A stretch of 64,000 nt of DNA from an uncultured Holophagales bacterium (GTDB taxonomy: Bacteria > Acidobacteriota > Thermoanaerobaculia > Multivoradales > UBA5704), in assembly GCA_963842525.1 (NCBI GenBank), contig CAWJGT010000029.1, forward strand, positions 1 through 64,000. The letters are read 5' to 3'. Positions 51,358 to 60,679 of this stretch are shown here, one piece after another. Position 1 is the stretch's first letter, and each line of letters opens with the position of its first letter. The notes beneath the pieces are model-generated. The model was not told where the DNA came from, did not search any database, and was given only the letters and a program-made list of their open reading frames with translations. The position numbers and the translations under genes were made by a program.

Positions 51358-52239
51358 CTACCGGAAGCCCAGCTCGCGGAGGGAGCGCGCCGTCAGGACC
51401 CTTTCGGCCAATCGGGTCAGGCGCTTGGGCGAGCTGATGGACTGCAGCTTCTCCCCGACACCTTCAGGAAGGGGGCCGAATTTCTGAGCGAGCAAATGCA
51501 GGACGATCTGTCGCATACCCTGATACCGGCCTTCCGTTTCGATCCGCTCTGACCAGGTCATCCACATGTCTTTCGCCTCTCCACCCCGTTTCCGGGTGAC
51601 GAGTTCTTTATACCCCTCGGACTCCTCAGGAGTCAACTCCAGGTACGCCTCCACGAAATTCCTCAGCAGATGACGCTGGTCGTCCTTCAATCTGGCCCCG
51701 GCGATGCGGCGGAGGCAGGCGAGCTTGAGCTCCGGGCGGCTCAGCGTTCCCGGGTCCATAAGGGCGGCCAGGGCCCAGGCGAGCGGCTCGGACTTTTCGA
51801 GGAAGTCGGCGGCGGAACAGCCGGCGAGGCCGAAGGCGACGTAGCGGAACGTCGAAAGCTCCGGCTCCGCCAACTCGCCGTCCAGACAGGCCTGGCGGAT
51901 GCCTGGCAGCCCTCCCCGGAGGTTCAGCAGGATCGAGAGGAGCTGGCCATCGTAGCGAGCTTGGATGCGCCGGGCATACTCCCGGAGCCGACGCGGCATG
52001 CTCTTGCGGGCGCGCGCCTCAACCTCGGCGTGGACGAGCAGCCAGCCGCCGCCCCGGACCGGAACCCGCACGAGGAGGTCGGCCTCCCGGCGGCCGAGGC
52101 TGCCATCGAGGAGCTCCTTGTCCAGGAAGGTCGCCCGTCCCAGGCAGAGCCGCTTCGCAAGAGCTGGTGCAGTGAGGCGCACGAGGTCCGCGAAGAAGGT
52201 GCGGAGCAGGGTCTTGAAGAGCCGGTCGTGAGGTGGCAT
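51358..52239 (-). CDS. Rpn/YhgA-like PD-(D/E)xK nuclease with DUF4351-type C-terminus
   Basis: HDRLFKTLL, EADLLV, LVHAEVE; C-terminal LL..KFG.LP....L. Confidence 0.75.
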   Translation of the reverse strand: MPPHDRLFKTLLRTFFADLVRLTAPALAKRLCLGRATFLDKELLDGSLGRREADLLVRVPVRGGGWLLVHAEVEARARKSMPRRLREYARRIQARYDGQLLSILLNLRGGLPGIRQACLDGELAEPELSTFRYVAFGLAGCSAADFLEKSEPLAWALAALMDPGTLSRPELKLACLRRIAGARLKDDQRHLLRNFVEAYLELTPEESEGYKELVTRKRGGEAKDMWMTWSERIETEGRYQGMRQIVLHLLAQKFGPLPEGVGEKLQSISSPKRLTRLAERVLTARSLRELGFR

Positions 52240-52438
52240 AGGGTCGGGCGAGACGGTCCGAGTGGACACACTCCCCACAACCCATATAAAAGACGAAAAA
52301 CGGACCTCGAATCTTGCATAACTCGCCGAAGAAATTTTCGGAGAGCAGGATATCCGCCGACCTGCCCGATCAGGGAGGCGCGGGCTGCCGGACCGGCGGA
52401 TGACCTCGGGGAGGGGAGCGGAGTAGGCTTCGCGGAGC

Positions 52439-53062
52439 ATGGACGGTGCGGACACGCGGGTGCTGATCGTCGGCGAGGATCCCCTCGCCCGCGGCGGCCT
52501 CACGGTCCTGCTGGCTTCCGAGCCGGGCCTCACGGTCCTCGGGCAGGCCGCGCCGGGAGCCCAGACCCAGACGGCGGTCTCCACCTTGCAGCCGGAGGCG
52601 GTCCTCTGGGACCTGGGTGCGAGCCCGAAGTCGGTCCCGGCGGAGCTGTCCGCTGTACCCGCCGCGGTCGTGGCGCTGGTGACCGACGGCGAGCTTGCCG
52701 CCGAAGCGCTCGCTGCCGGAGCCCGGGGCGTTCTCTCCCGGGATGCTGGTGCGGCACGCATCGCGGCGGCCCTCCGTGCCGCGGCGCACGGCCTCGTCAC
52801 GCTCGACGAGCGGTTTTCCGGAGCCGTGCTGCGGCCCCAGGCCCCCGTTCCTGACTCCCTGGTCGAGCCGCTGACCCCGCGCGAGATCGAGGTGCTCCAA
52901 CTCCTTTCCGAAGGTCTATCCAATAAGGCCATCGGCGATCGGCTGGGGATCAGCGAGCACACCGCCAAGTTCCATGTCAACGCCATCCTCGGCAAGCTCG
53001 GCGCCCAGGGGCGCACCGACGCCGTGGTGCGCGCCGCCCGCCTTGGCCTCATCCTTCTCTGA
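52439..53062 (+). CDS. LuxR family response regulator (atypical receiver)
   Basis: LTPREIEVLQLLSEGLSNKAIG.RLGISEHTAKFHV. Confidence 0.9.
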   Translation: MDGADTRVLIVGEDPLARGGLTVLLASEPGLTVLGQAAPGAQTQTAVSTLQPEAVLWDLGASPKSVPAELSAVPAAVVALVTDGELAAEALAAGARGVLSRDAGAARIAAALRAAAHGLVTLDERFSGAVLRPQAPVPDSLVEPLTPREIEVLQLLSEGLSNKAIGDRLGISEHTAKFHVNAILGKLGAQGRTDAVVRAARLGLILL

Positions 53063-53157
53063 GAATCGTTCCCCCTCTCCCCCTGACCGATCGGGCAGGT
53101 CGAAATCCGGCGGATCGGCGGATGTGGCTCCTTCCCGAGACCGCTACGCTGCCCTGC

Positions 53158-54069
53158 ATGAGCGAGATCAACGAGATCCAGACCCGAGCCATTGAGCTGT
53201 CCGAGCTGTTCGCCACCGTGATCGAGAGGGCGGGCCAGAGCGTTGTCCAGGTCGCGGCGCGCCGCGGCGTCGGATCGAGCGGAATCGTCTGGTCGGCCGA
53301 CGGCGTCATCGTCGCGGCGGACCACAACATCCAGCGGGAGGAGGACATCCAGGTCGGCCTGCCGGACGGCTCCACCACGCCGGCGACCCTCGTGGGGCGC
53401 GATCCGAGCACGGACGTGGCCGTCCTGCGCGTCGAGGCTTCGGGCCTCCAGGTGCCCGAATGGTCCGAGCTGGCTGACGTCCGGGTGGGGCATATCGCCT
53501 TCGGCCTCCTGCGGCCGGGCCGGTCCCTGCGCGCCGTTCTCGGGATCGTCAGCGCCTTCGGCGACGAGTGGCGGACCCCGGCCGGCGGCAAGCTGGACCG
53601 GTATCTGCAGACCGACCTTGCGATCCAGAAGGGGTTCTCGGGGAGCCTCGTCGTGGATGTCCGCGGGCGCGCCCTGGGGATGGGGACGGCCGGCATCCTG
53701 CGGGACCACGCCTTCGCGGTTCCGCGCGCGACCCTGGCCCGGGTGGTGGACGTGCTCCTCTCCCATGGCCGCATGCCGCGTGGCCAGATCGGCGTGGGGC
53801 TGGTCCCGGTGCGCCTGCCGGCCGACGTCGAGGAGACCACCGGGCAGCCGACCGCGCTGATGGTGGCTCTCGTGCAGCCGGGGAGCCCGGCGGAGCAGGC
53901 GGGGCTGATGCTCGGCGACGTCGTGGTATCGGTCGACGGGCAGCCGGCTGCCGACCTCGGCCAGCTCCATGCCCTGCTGTCCGGAGACCGGATCGGGACC
54001 GAGTCGGTCCTGCGCATCCTTCGTGCCGGCGAGCTGCGCGAGCTGAAGGTGACCATCGGAGCACGGTGA
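53158..54069 (+). CDS. S1C (HtrA-like) serine protease with PDZ domain
   Basis: [18 protein letters not shown]; [12 protein letters not shown]. Confidence 0.85.
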   Translation: MSEINEIQTRAIELSELFATVIERAGQSVVQVAARRGVGSSGIVWSADGVIVAADHNIQREEDIQVGLPDGSTTPATLVGRDPSTDVAVLRVEASGLQVPEWSELADVRVGHIAFGLLRPGRSLRAVLGIVSAFGDEWRTPAGGKLDRYLQTDLAIQKGFSGSLVVDVRGRALGMGTAGILRDHAFAVPRATLARVVDVLLSHGRMPRGQIGVGLVPVRLPADVEETTGQPTALMVALVQPGSPAEQAGLMLGDVVVSVDGQPAADLGQLHALLSGDRIGTESVLRILRAGELRELKVTIGAR

Positions 54070-54104
54070 ATCCTCGGGCATGGGGCGGGCTACAATCCCG
54101 CCCC

Positions 54105-54312
54105 ATGGCCGAGATCCCGCAGCAACCCACCCTCGACGGTCTGGAAGCGAAATGGATGGAGCGGTGGGAGGCCGCCGGGGTCTACCGCTTCCGCCAGGCG
54201 GCGCTCGAAGGGTATGAGCACACCCGCGCTCTGGAACGGACCGAGCGGTTCTTCTGGGCCTTCTGCGACGACTACCTGGAGCTGGTGAAGAGCCGCGCCT
54301 ATGGCAACCAGG
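54105..54312 (+). pseudogene. valS: Valyl-tRNA synthetase remnant (internally deleted)
   Basis: [18 protein letters not shown] fused directly to [26 protein letters not shown]. Confidence 0.65.
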
Positions 54313-54449
54313 GCAAGCGCAGACACCGCGTAGAAGGCCGCATAGTAGGCGCGAGAGGCAGAGGCGTCAGGATCGGTGTCCACGAGAAGCTCGGACGTAC
54401 GGAGGGCCTGGAGAGCGCGATCCCAAAGGTCCCTTATCTCCGGGCTCAC
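54310..54449 (-). pseudogene. Truncated HEPN domain gene
   Basis: [15 protein letters not shown]-terminal HEPN motif, then sequence runs into the antisense valS remnant. Confidence 0.65.
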
Positions 54450-54760
54450 AGCATCATCCCTTCCCGGCGGGCGTTCCTGTAGACGCCATACTCCCCGGCC
54501 TCGAACGACCCGATCGGAACAGGGAGCGCATGGATGGGAGCATCCAATTCGAGTTGGAGCGGGTAGAGGGCATCGACAATCCTCTGCAGATCGATCCCGA
54601 GCCGGACGGGCTCATCGAGCAGGACCATCAGATCGATATCGCTCTCCGCCAAGGCGTCCCCCCGGGCCTTCGAGCCGAAAAGGAGGACCCCCTTCAGTCG
54701 TTCCTGGAAGGCTGATTCGAGTCGAGTCCTGATTTCTTGTCTGACCTTGTCGTCGAGCAC
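54446..54760 (-). CDS. Minimal nucleotidyltransferase (MNT)
   Basis: LFGSKARGD...SDIDLMV. Confidence 0.88.
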   Translation of the reverse strand: MLDDKVRQEIRTRLESAFQERLKGVLLFGSKARGDALAESDIDLMVLLDEPVRLGIDLQRIVDALYPLQLELDAPIHALPVPIGSFEAGEYGVYRNARREGMML

Positions 54761-54880
54761 TTGTCACCTCGGTTTGGCGGCTTCGAGCCCCCGGCGGAAT
54801 CCTGGCATCCTGCCCGGACGCCGAAGGAGGCCCTCCTTATCGGAGGAGCCTCGACCTCGCTCTTCAGCCCCAGCGGCGTC

Positions 54881-54933
54881 CCCCCTCTCCCGGTCGGGGG
54901 GAGTGCGATGGGAGAGGGGGACAGGGGGTGAGG
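54881..54933. repeat. Half copy of the 46-kb palindromic element
   Basis: CCCCCTCTCCC...GCGATGGGAGAGGGGG...GGGGGTGAGG. Confidence 0.7.
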
Positions 54934-54957
54934 CGTTCATGGTACCTTCCCGGCGTC

Positions 54958-56355
54958 ATGCGCGTCGCGTGGTTCAGCCCCCTGCCTCCGGCCCGGTCCG
55001 GGATCGCCGATTACAGCGCGGAGCTGCTGCCGGTGCTCGCCGAGCGGGAGGGGTTGGACTTCGAGCTGTTCGTGGATGAGGGGAGCCGGGTCGACGAGGC
55101 GCTCTCGTCCCGGTTCCCGGTCCATGGGGACAAGGCTTTTCCGGCGCTGTGGGAGGCGGGGCGGTTCGATGCCGTCGTCTACCACCTGGGCAACAACGTG
55201 GACTACCACGCTCGGACCTGGCGGATGCTGATGCGGATTCCCGGGATCGTGGTCCTCCACGAGTACATGCTCCACCACCTGGTGCGCGGCATGACGATCG
55301 CCCGGGGTGACGTGGAGGGCTATGTCGAGGAGATGCGCTACGCCTATGGCCGCACCGGCGAGGCCCTGGCGCGGCGGAGCGTCGGCACCGGCATCCCGCT
55401 CGATCCCTGGAGCTATCCGCTGCTCGAGCGCGCGGTGGACGCAAGCCTTGGTCTGATCGTCCACAACGACTGCACGGGGGACCGGGTGCTTGCGAGCCGT
55501 CCCGGGACGCGCCTGGTCAAGGTGCCGCACCACCTGAGCCTGCGCGAGCTGGAGGAGGTGGCCGGCGCGATCTCGCCCGCCGCGGCCCGCGCGTCCCTGG
55601 GGCTGCCGCCGGATGCGCTCCTCGTCGCCTCCTTCGGCTTCATCACCCCGGCCAAGCGGCTCGACGTGAGCCTGCGCGCCTTCGCCCGGCTGCGGCGGGA
55701 GGTGCCGAATGCTCTCTATCTGCTGCTCGGCGAAGCATCGCCCTACTACGACTTCGCGGGCGTCCTCACCCCGGAGCTTTCCCCGGGCGTGATCCTGGTC
55801 GGCCGGACCGAGCTCGACCAGTTCCTGCGCTACATGGTGGCCGCGGATATCACCGTCAACCTGCGCTGGCCCTCGGCCGGCGAGACCTCGGGGACGCTGA
55901 TCCGGCTCCTCGGCCTGGGCAAGGCGGTGATCGTCAGCCACACCGGCGCTTTCGCCGAGATCCCGGACGACTGCTGCGCCAAGATCGACCTCGACGCGAC
56001 CGAGGAGGAGCTGCTCTTCGCCACCCTGCGGGCGCTGGCCACGGACGAGGCCCTGCGGGCCCGGATGGGAGAGAACGCGCGCCGCCACATTCGGACGCAT
56101 CACACGCTGGAGGGCTCGGCCCGCGGCTATGCCGACTTCCTGCGGGAGACCGTGGCCGCCCGGCCGGAGCCGTTCCGGCCCGTGCCGCCGCTCGCCGCCT
56201 ATCCTCCTGAGGATGTGCTTACCGACCTGGTGGCCGCAATGGCCGGCGAGGCAGCGGACCTGGGGGTCGGCGAGGAGGATACGGACCTCCTCGGCGAGCT
56301 CGCGGCGGTCTTCGTCGATCTGGGGCTGGATCGGGAGGTGGTTCGCAGATCATGA
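54958..56355 (+). CDS. Glycosyltransferase family 4
   Basis: FSPLPPARSGIADYS, YHLGNN..H, FGFITPAKR, NLRWPSAGETSG. Confidence 0.88.
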   Translation: MRVAWFSPLPPARSGIADYSAELLPVLAEREGLDFELFVDEGSRVDEALSSRFPVHGDKAFPALWEAGRFDAVVYHLGNNVDYHARTWRMLMRIPGIVVLHEYMLHHLVRGMTIARGDVEGYVEEMRYAYGRTGEALARRSVGTGIPLDPWSYPLLERAVDASLGLIVHNDCTGDRVLASRPGTRLVKVPHHLSLRELEEVAGAISPAAARASLGLPPDALLVASFGFITPAKRLDVSLRAFARLRREVPNALYLLLGEASPYYDFAGVLTPELSPGVILVGRTELDQFLRYMVAADITVNLRWPSAGETSGTLIRLLGLGKAVIVSHTGAFAEIPDDCCAKIDLDATEEELLFATLRALATDEALRARMGENARRHIRTHHTLEGSARGYADFLRETVAARPEPFRPVPPLAAYPPEDVLTDLVAAMAGEAADLGVGEEDTDLLGELAAVFVDLGLDREVVRRS

Positions 56356-57671
56356 GGCGCTTCCGGTCCTTGATCGTGCTGCTCCTCCTCGTCGCCTTCC
56401 TGGCCGGGCACTACTTCTGGTGGTATGCGCCGCGCGAGCGGGCCGGGTCGCCCGATCCCGCGGGCCTGCCGGCGCGGCTGCTCGCCTCCGGAGCCTACGA
56501 CGCCTGCTTCTGGGCGCCCTATCCGCACCAGAACCTCGGCAAGCTGCGCGGCGCCATCGAGGACGGCACCGCCTGGGTCGCGGCCCTCGCCCGGGTGTCC
56601 GACCTGCCGGCGCCGGTGCTGCCCTCCTTTGGACCGTTCACCTTGCCCCCCTCCAGCGAAATCGCCGGCTGCTCGGACCTCGACGGCAAGCGCTTCCTGG
56701 TCGTGGCCCGCGTCTATCCGGCGATCGCCGCCATCGCCCGGGCCGCCGGCGCCGTGGCGAAAAACCCGTGGCTCGCCGGGGGCGAGGTGCAGGACATCCG
56801 CGGCGATGCGGAGGGCATCGACGAGCGGGTGGTGCGTGTGGCCTGGCGCGAGGGGCTGTGGACCGTGGGGACCGGCGAGGCCCCGGCCCTCGATCCGGCG
56901 GGCGGGCCCGAGCCGCGCTCCTATCCAGAAGGCCTTGGCATCTTCCGGCTGCGCCGCGGCGTCTCCGAGTTCCCGGCCGGCGACTACCTTCTGCGCCGGA
57001 TGGGGCAGGGGCAGCTCGAGCTGGCCCTCGAACAGCCGGGGAGCGACCGCCAGGTGCCGGTGCCCGACCTGCCGCGCAAGTCTGAGCCCGTGCTGCTCGC
57101 CGTGGCCGGCCCCTCCTGGCCGGCGGCCGAGGCACACCCCCTGCCGCCCGCGGCCTTCGCCCTGTTCGACATCGACGAGCAGAGCCGCGGCACCCGGATC
57201 AGCTCCCTGGGGGGGCTGCCGGGCGCGGCGGTGTTCCATCCACCCGGCGAGCAGCGCTGGGAGCTGCCGACCCAGGGGCTCGCGGGCCTGGTGACCGGCA
57301 CTCTTCCCAAGGGGAATGCCGGGGGATGGAAGATTGTTGCTGTGGATCGCGCGAGCCTGCGGCGCGCCAAGGCGCTGGCTCCGCACCTCTCCGCCCTCAC
57401 TTCTCCCGACGCGAGCGGCTCCCTGGGCTCCGATGGACGTCTGGTCCTCGGCCTGTGGGCCCAGCCCCGTCCGGCGCTCCGTGTGGTGGCCGAGGTCCGG
57501 AAGGTCCTGGAGGGTTTTCCCCTGGTCCCGCGCGAGCAGGTGCGGCGCTGGAAGGACTGGGAGACCCTGCTGCGGCCTGTCGCCGCCTGCGAGCGCGTGT
57601 CGCTGACGTCGACCCAGGCTCCCCCCTCGTTCCGGCTTCTGTTCAACGGCTGCACCGGGCGCGGACGTTGA
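56352..57671 (+). CDS. Membrane-anchored hypothetical protein
   Basis: N-terminal TM; ATGA overlap with the GT4 gene. Confidence 0.6.
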   Translation: MRRFRSLIVLLLLVAFLAGHYFWWYAPRERAGSPDPAGLPARLLASGAYDACFWAPYPHQNLGKLRGAIEDGTAWVAALARVSDLPAPVLPSFGPFTLPPSSEIAGCSDLDGKRFLVVARVYPAIAAIARAAGAVAKNPWLAGGEVQDIRGDAEGIDERVVRVAWREGLWTVGTGEAPALDPAGGPEPRSYPEGLGIFRLRRGVSEFPAGDYLLRRMGQGQLELALEQPGSDRQVPVPDLPRKSEPVLLAVAGPSWPAAEAHPLPPAAFALFDIDEQSRGTRISSLGGLPGAAVFHPPGEQRWELPTQGLAGLVTGTLPKGNAGGWKIVAVDRASLRRAKALAPHLSALTSPDASGSLGSDGRLVLGLWAQPRPALRVVAEVRKVLEGFPLVPREQVRRWKDWETLLRPVAACERVSLTSTQAPPSFRLLFNGCTGRGR

Positions 57672-57697
57672 CAGCGAGGGGAGTGATCCCTTAGCCT
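57668..57697 (+). promoter_or_regulatory. Sigma70-type promoter of the yceD-rpmF-fab operon
   Basis: TTGACA-N18-TAGCCT, ending 28 bp before the ATG. Confidence 0.55.
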
Positions 57698-57725
57698 TCG
57701 CGTTTGCCCGGTCGGAGGTTCGTGT

Positions 57726-58262
57726 ATGCAGATTTGGTTGGATCAGGTCCGCGAGGAGCCTTTCGACTGGGAAGAAACGAAGGAGGTCTCGCCGGAGGCT
57801 CTGGAACGGCCGGAGCTGATCGCTCTCAGCCCGGTGCGGTGGACGGGCCGGATCTCCTACGTGGACCCGGGATACCTCCTGCGAGGGCGCCTCTCGTACG
57901 AGCAGACCCTGAGCTGCAACCGCTGCCTCAAGCCGATCGTCGAGCCCACGGAGTCCGAGGTCGAGCTGTTGATCCTGGAGGAAGACCATCCGGGTTCGGC
58001 GGGCGAGCAGGAGCTGGCGGAACGGGAGCTGGGCGTGCACTATGTGGGCGGTGAGGTCCTGGAGACCGACCCGATCCTCCTGGAGCAGCTCCAGCTCAAC
58101 ATCCCGATGAAGCCGCTCTGCCAGGAGGACTGCCAGGGGCTCTGCCCGATCTGCGGGACCGACCGCAACACCGGGTCCTGCTCCTGCGAGGAGCGGAGCC
58201 TCGATCCACGCTGGGCGGCGCTCGCGGCGATCAAGAGCCGGCTCGACGGCGAGAACCGATAA
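57726..58262 (+). CDS. yceD: DUF177/YceD family protein
   Basis: CNRCL, PMKPLCQEDCQGLCPICG, DPRWAAL. Confidence 0.92.
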   Translation: MQIWLDQVREEPFDWEETKEVSPEALERPELIALSPVRWTGRISYVDPGYLLRGRLSYEQTLSCNRCLKPIVEPTESEVELLILEEDHPGSAGEQELAERELGVHYVGGEVLETDPILLEQLQLNIPMKPLCQEDCQGLCPICGTDRNTGSCSCEERSLDPRWAALAAIKSRLDGENR

Positions 58263-58312
58263 GATAAGGAATGTAGATCAACGCCCCTCGGGGCACCGCA
58301 AGGAAGACGACG

Positions 58313-58498
58313 ATGCCGAATCCGAAACGACGCCACTCCAAGGCCCGCCGCGACAAGCGGAGGGCTCACGACGCCCTGGAGCTCCCCGCGATCTCCACGT
58401 GTCCGAACTGCGGGGAGTCCAAAATCCCCCACCGCGCCTGCGGCCACTGCGGCTACTACCGCGGCCGGCAGGTGATCGAGGTCGCAGAGTCGACGTAG
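58313..58498 (+). CDS. rpmF: 50S ribosomal protein L32
   Basis: [30 protein letters not shown]. Confidence 0.97.
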   Translation: MPNPKRRHSKARRDKRRAHDALELPAISTCPNCGESKIPHRACGHCGYYRGRQVIEVAEST

Positions 58499-58619
58499 GC
58501 CCGTCGCGAGAAGTGGCCTTCGCAAGAGAGCCCTCATCCCCCTGGCCCCCACGGGATGGGGGTGAGGCTCTGATAGAGTCGCCCCGCTCACAACGCATTG
58601 CGATCCACGGAATTCGAGC

Positions 58620-59675
58620 ATGCCGATCGCGGTAGACGCCATGGGAGGGGATCATGCGCCGCAGAGCCCGGTCGAGGGAGCGGTGCGCGCCGCCACAGAG
58701 GACGGCACGCATGTCCTCCTGGTGGGGGACCGCGCCCGGCTCGAAGCCGAGCTGACGCGTCTCGGCATCGGCGGCGACCGCGCAGGCCGCGGGATCGAGG
58801 TCGTCCACGCCGAGGAGGTGGTGGGCATGGACGAGCCCGCCATCACTCCCATCCGCAAGAAACGGCGCTCCTCGATCCGCATCTGCGCCGAGCTGGTCAA
58901 GGAGGGGCGCGCCCACGCCATGGTCACCGCCGGCAACACCGGCGCCGCCATGATCGCCGCCAAGATGGTCATCGGCACGGTGGCCGGGGTGGACCGGCCG
59001 GCCCTCGCCGCGGTCCTCCCCAATGCCAAGGGACGGACCGTCCTCCTCGACGTCGGCGCCAATGTGGACACCAAGCCGCTCCACCTCCGCGAGTTCGCCG
59101 TCATGGGCCACTTCTACGCCCAGGAGGTGATCGGCACCCCGTCGCCGCGCATCGGCCTGATGTCCATCGGCGAAGAGGAGGGGAAAGGCAACGACGCCAC
59201 CCGCGAGGTCTTCAAGGTGCTCAAGAACACCGGCCTCAACTTCATCGGCAACGTCGAGGGGCGCGACGTCTTCAACGGCAACGCCGACGTCATCGTCTGC
59301 GACGGCTTCGTCGGCAACGTCATCCTGAAGAGCGCCGAGGCGCTGGCCGAGCTCGTCGGCGGCATGCTCCGCGAGGAGCTGACGCGCAGCCCCCTCACCA
59401 AGGCGGGCTATCTCCTCTGCAAGCCCGCCTTCGACCGTTTCCGGCAGCGCACCCACTACAGCGAGTACGGAGCGGCGCCGCTCCTCGGCATCAACGGCGG
59501 CTGCTTCATCGGCCACGGCCGGTCCGATCCTCGCGCCATCCAGAACGCCATCCGCCGCGCCTTCGAGTTCTCCTCGGCGCGGCTCGACCGCAAGATCCAC
59601 GACAAGATCGCCGAGCTCCACAACCAGGAGGCGCGCCTCCTGGGCGGCGGTCCGCAGGAGGCCACCGCCGGATGA
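58620..59675 (+). CDS. plsX: Phosphate acyltransferase
   Basis: IAVDAMGGDHAP, AGNTGA, DVGAN, CDGFVGN. Confidence 0.97.
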   Translation: MPIAVDAMGGDHAPQSPVEGAVRAATEDGTHVLLVGDRARLEAELTRLGIGGDRAGRGIEVVHAEEVVGMDEPAITPIRKKRRSSIRICAELVKEGRAHAMVTAGNTGAAMIAAKMVIGTVAGVDRPALAAVLPNAKGRTVLLDVGANVDTKPLHLREFAVMGHFYAQEVIGTPSPRIGLMSIGEEEGKGNDATREVFKVLKNTGLNFIGNVEGRDVFNGNADVIVCDGFVGNVILKSAEALAELVGGMLREELTRSPLTKAGYLLCKPAFDRFRQRTHYSEYGAAPLLGINGGCFIGHGRSDPRAIQNAIRRAFEFSSARLDRKIHDKIAELHNQEARLLGGGPQEATAG

Positions 59676-60664
59676 AAGGCCCGATGAAAGGAAAAATCGT
59701 CGGTACCGGCATGGCGGTGCCCAGCCGGGTGCTGACCAACGCCGACCTCGAGAAGATCGTCGACACGACGGAGGAGTGGATCTTCGCGCGCACCGGCATC
59801 CGCGAGCGCCGCATCGCCGGCCCGGACGAGTCGCTCTCGACCTTTGCGGTGCCGGCCGCGGAGGCCGCCCTGGAAATGGCCGGCCTCGCCGGCAGGGACA
59901 TCGACCTCGTCATCTGCGCCACGGTGACGCCGGACATGCCCTTTCCCGCCACCGCCAACCTGATCCAGCACCGCATCGGCGCCGTCCGCGCCGCCTCGTT
60001 CGACCTGTCGGCCGGCTGCACCGGCTTCGTCTACGCCCTGGGCGTGGCCGAGCAGTTCATCGAGAGCGGCTGGGCGAAAAACGCTCTGGTGGTGGGAGGC
60101 GAGGTGCTGACCAAGATCACGGACTGGACCGACCGCACCACCTGTGTGCTGTTCGGCGACGGCGCCGGCGCGGTGGTGCTCCAGGCCACCGCAGAGGAAG
60201 GCCGCGGCGTGATCGGCACGGCCATGCACACCGACGGCTCCCTCGCCGAGGTGATCCACATGCCCGGCGGCGGCAGCAAGCACCCGCCGTCCCCGGAGAT
60301 CTACGAGCGGCGCCTCCCCTTCATCAAGATGAAGGGCAACGAGACTTTCAAGATCGCCGTGCGCTCCCTCGCCGAGGTGAGCGACGAGGCGCTGACCCGT
60401 TGCGGCCTGGCCCATCGCGACGTCACCTGGTTCATCCCGCACCAGGCCAACCGCCGGATCATCGATGCCGTGGGGCAACGCCTGGAGATCCCCGAGGGCC
60501 ATACCTACGTGAACATCGAACGGTACGGCAACACGTCGGCGGCTTCGATCCCGATCGCCCTGGACGAGCTCAACCGCGCGGGGCGCATTCAGCCGGATGA
60601 CATCCTCCTCTTCTCCGCCTTCGGCGCCGGCCTGACCTGGGGCGCCGCCGTGGTGCGCTGGTGA
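59672..60664 (+). CDS. fabH: 3-oxoacyl-ACP synthase III
   Basis: SAGCTGF, FGDGAGA, PHQAN, YGNTSAAS. Confidence 0.97.
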   Translation: MKGPMKGKIVGTGMAVPSRVLTNADLEKIVDTTEEWIFARTGIRERRIAGPDESLSTFAVPAAEAALEMAGLAGRDIDLVICATVTPDMPFPATANLIQHRIGAVRAASFDLSAGCTGFVYALGVAEQFIESGWAKNALVVGGEVLTKITDWTDRTTCVLFGDGAGAVVLQATAEEGRGVIGTAMHTDGSLAEVIHMPGGGSKHPPSPEIYERRLPFIKMKGNETFKIAVRSLAEVSDEALTRCGLAHRDVTWFIPHQANRRIIDAVGQRLEIPEGHTYVNIERYGNTSAASIPIALDELNRAGRIQPDDILLFSAFGAGLTWGAAVVRW

Positions 60665-60679
60665 GCTGGTGAGAACGCC

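Noticed and set aside
51358-54081. 907-aa ORF and other long antisense ORFs (e.g. 8089-10374, 14652-16859)
   Set aside because: These are shadow ORFs of real genes in high-GC DNA; only 51358-52239 of the 907-aa ORF is protein-like.
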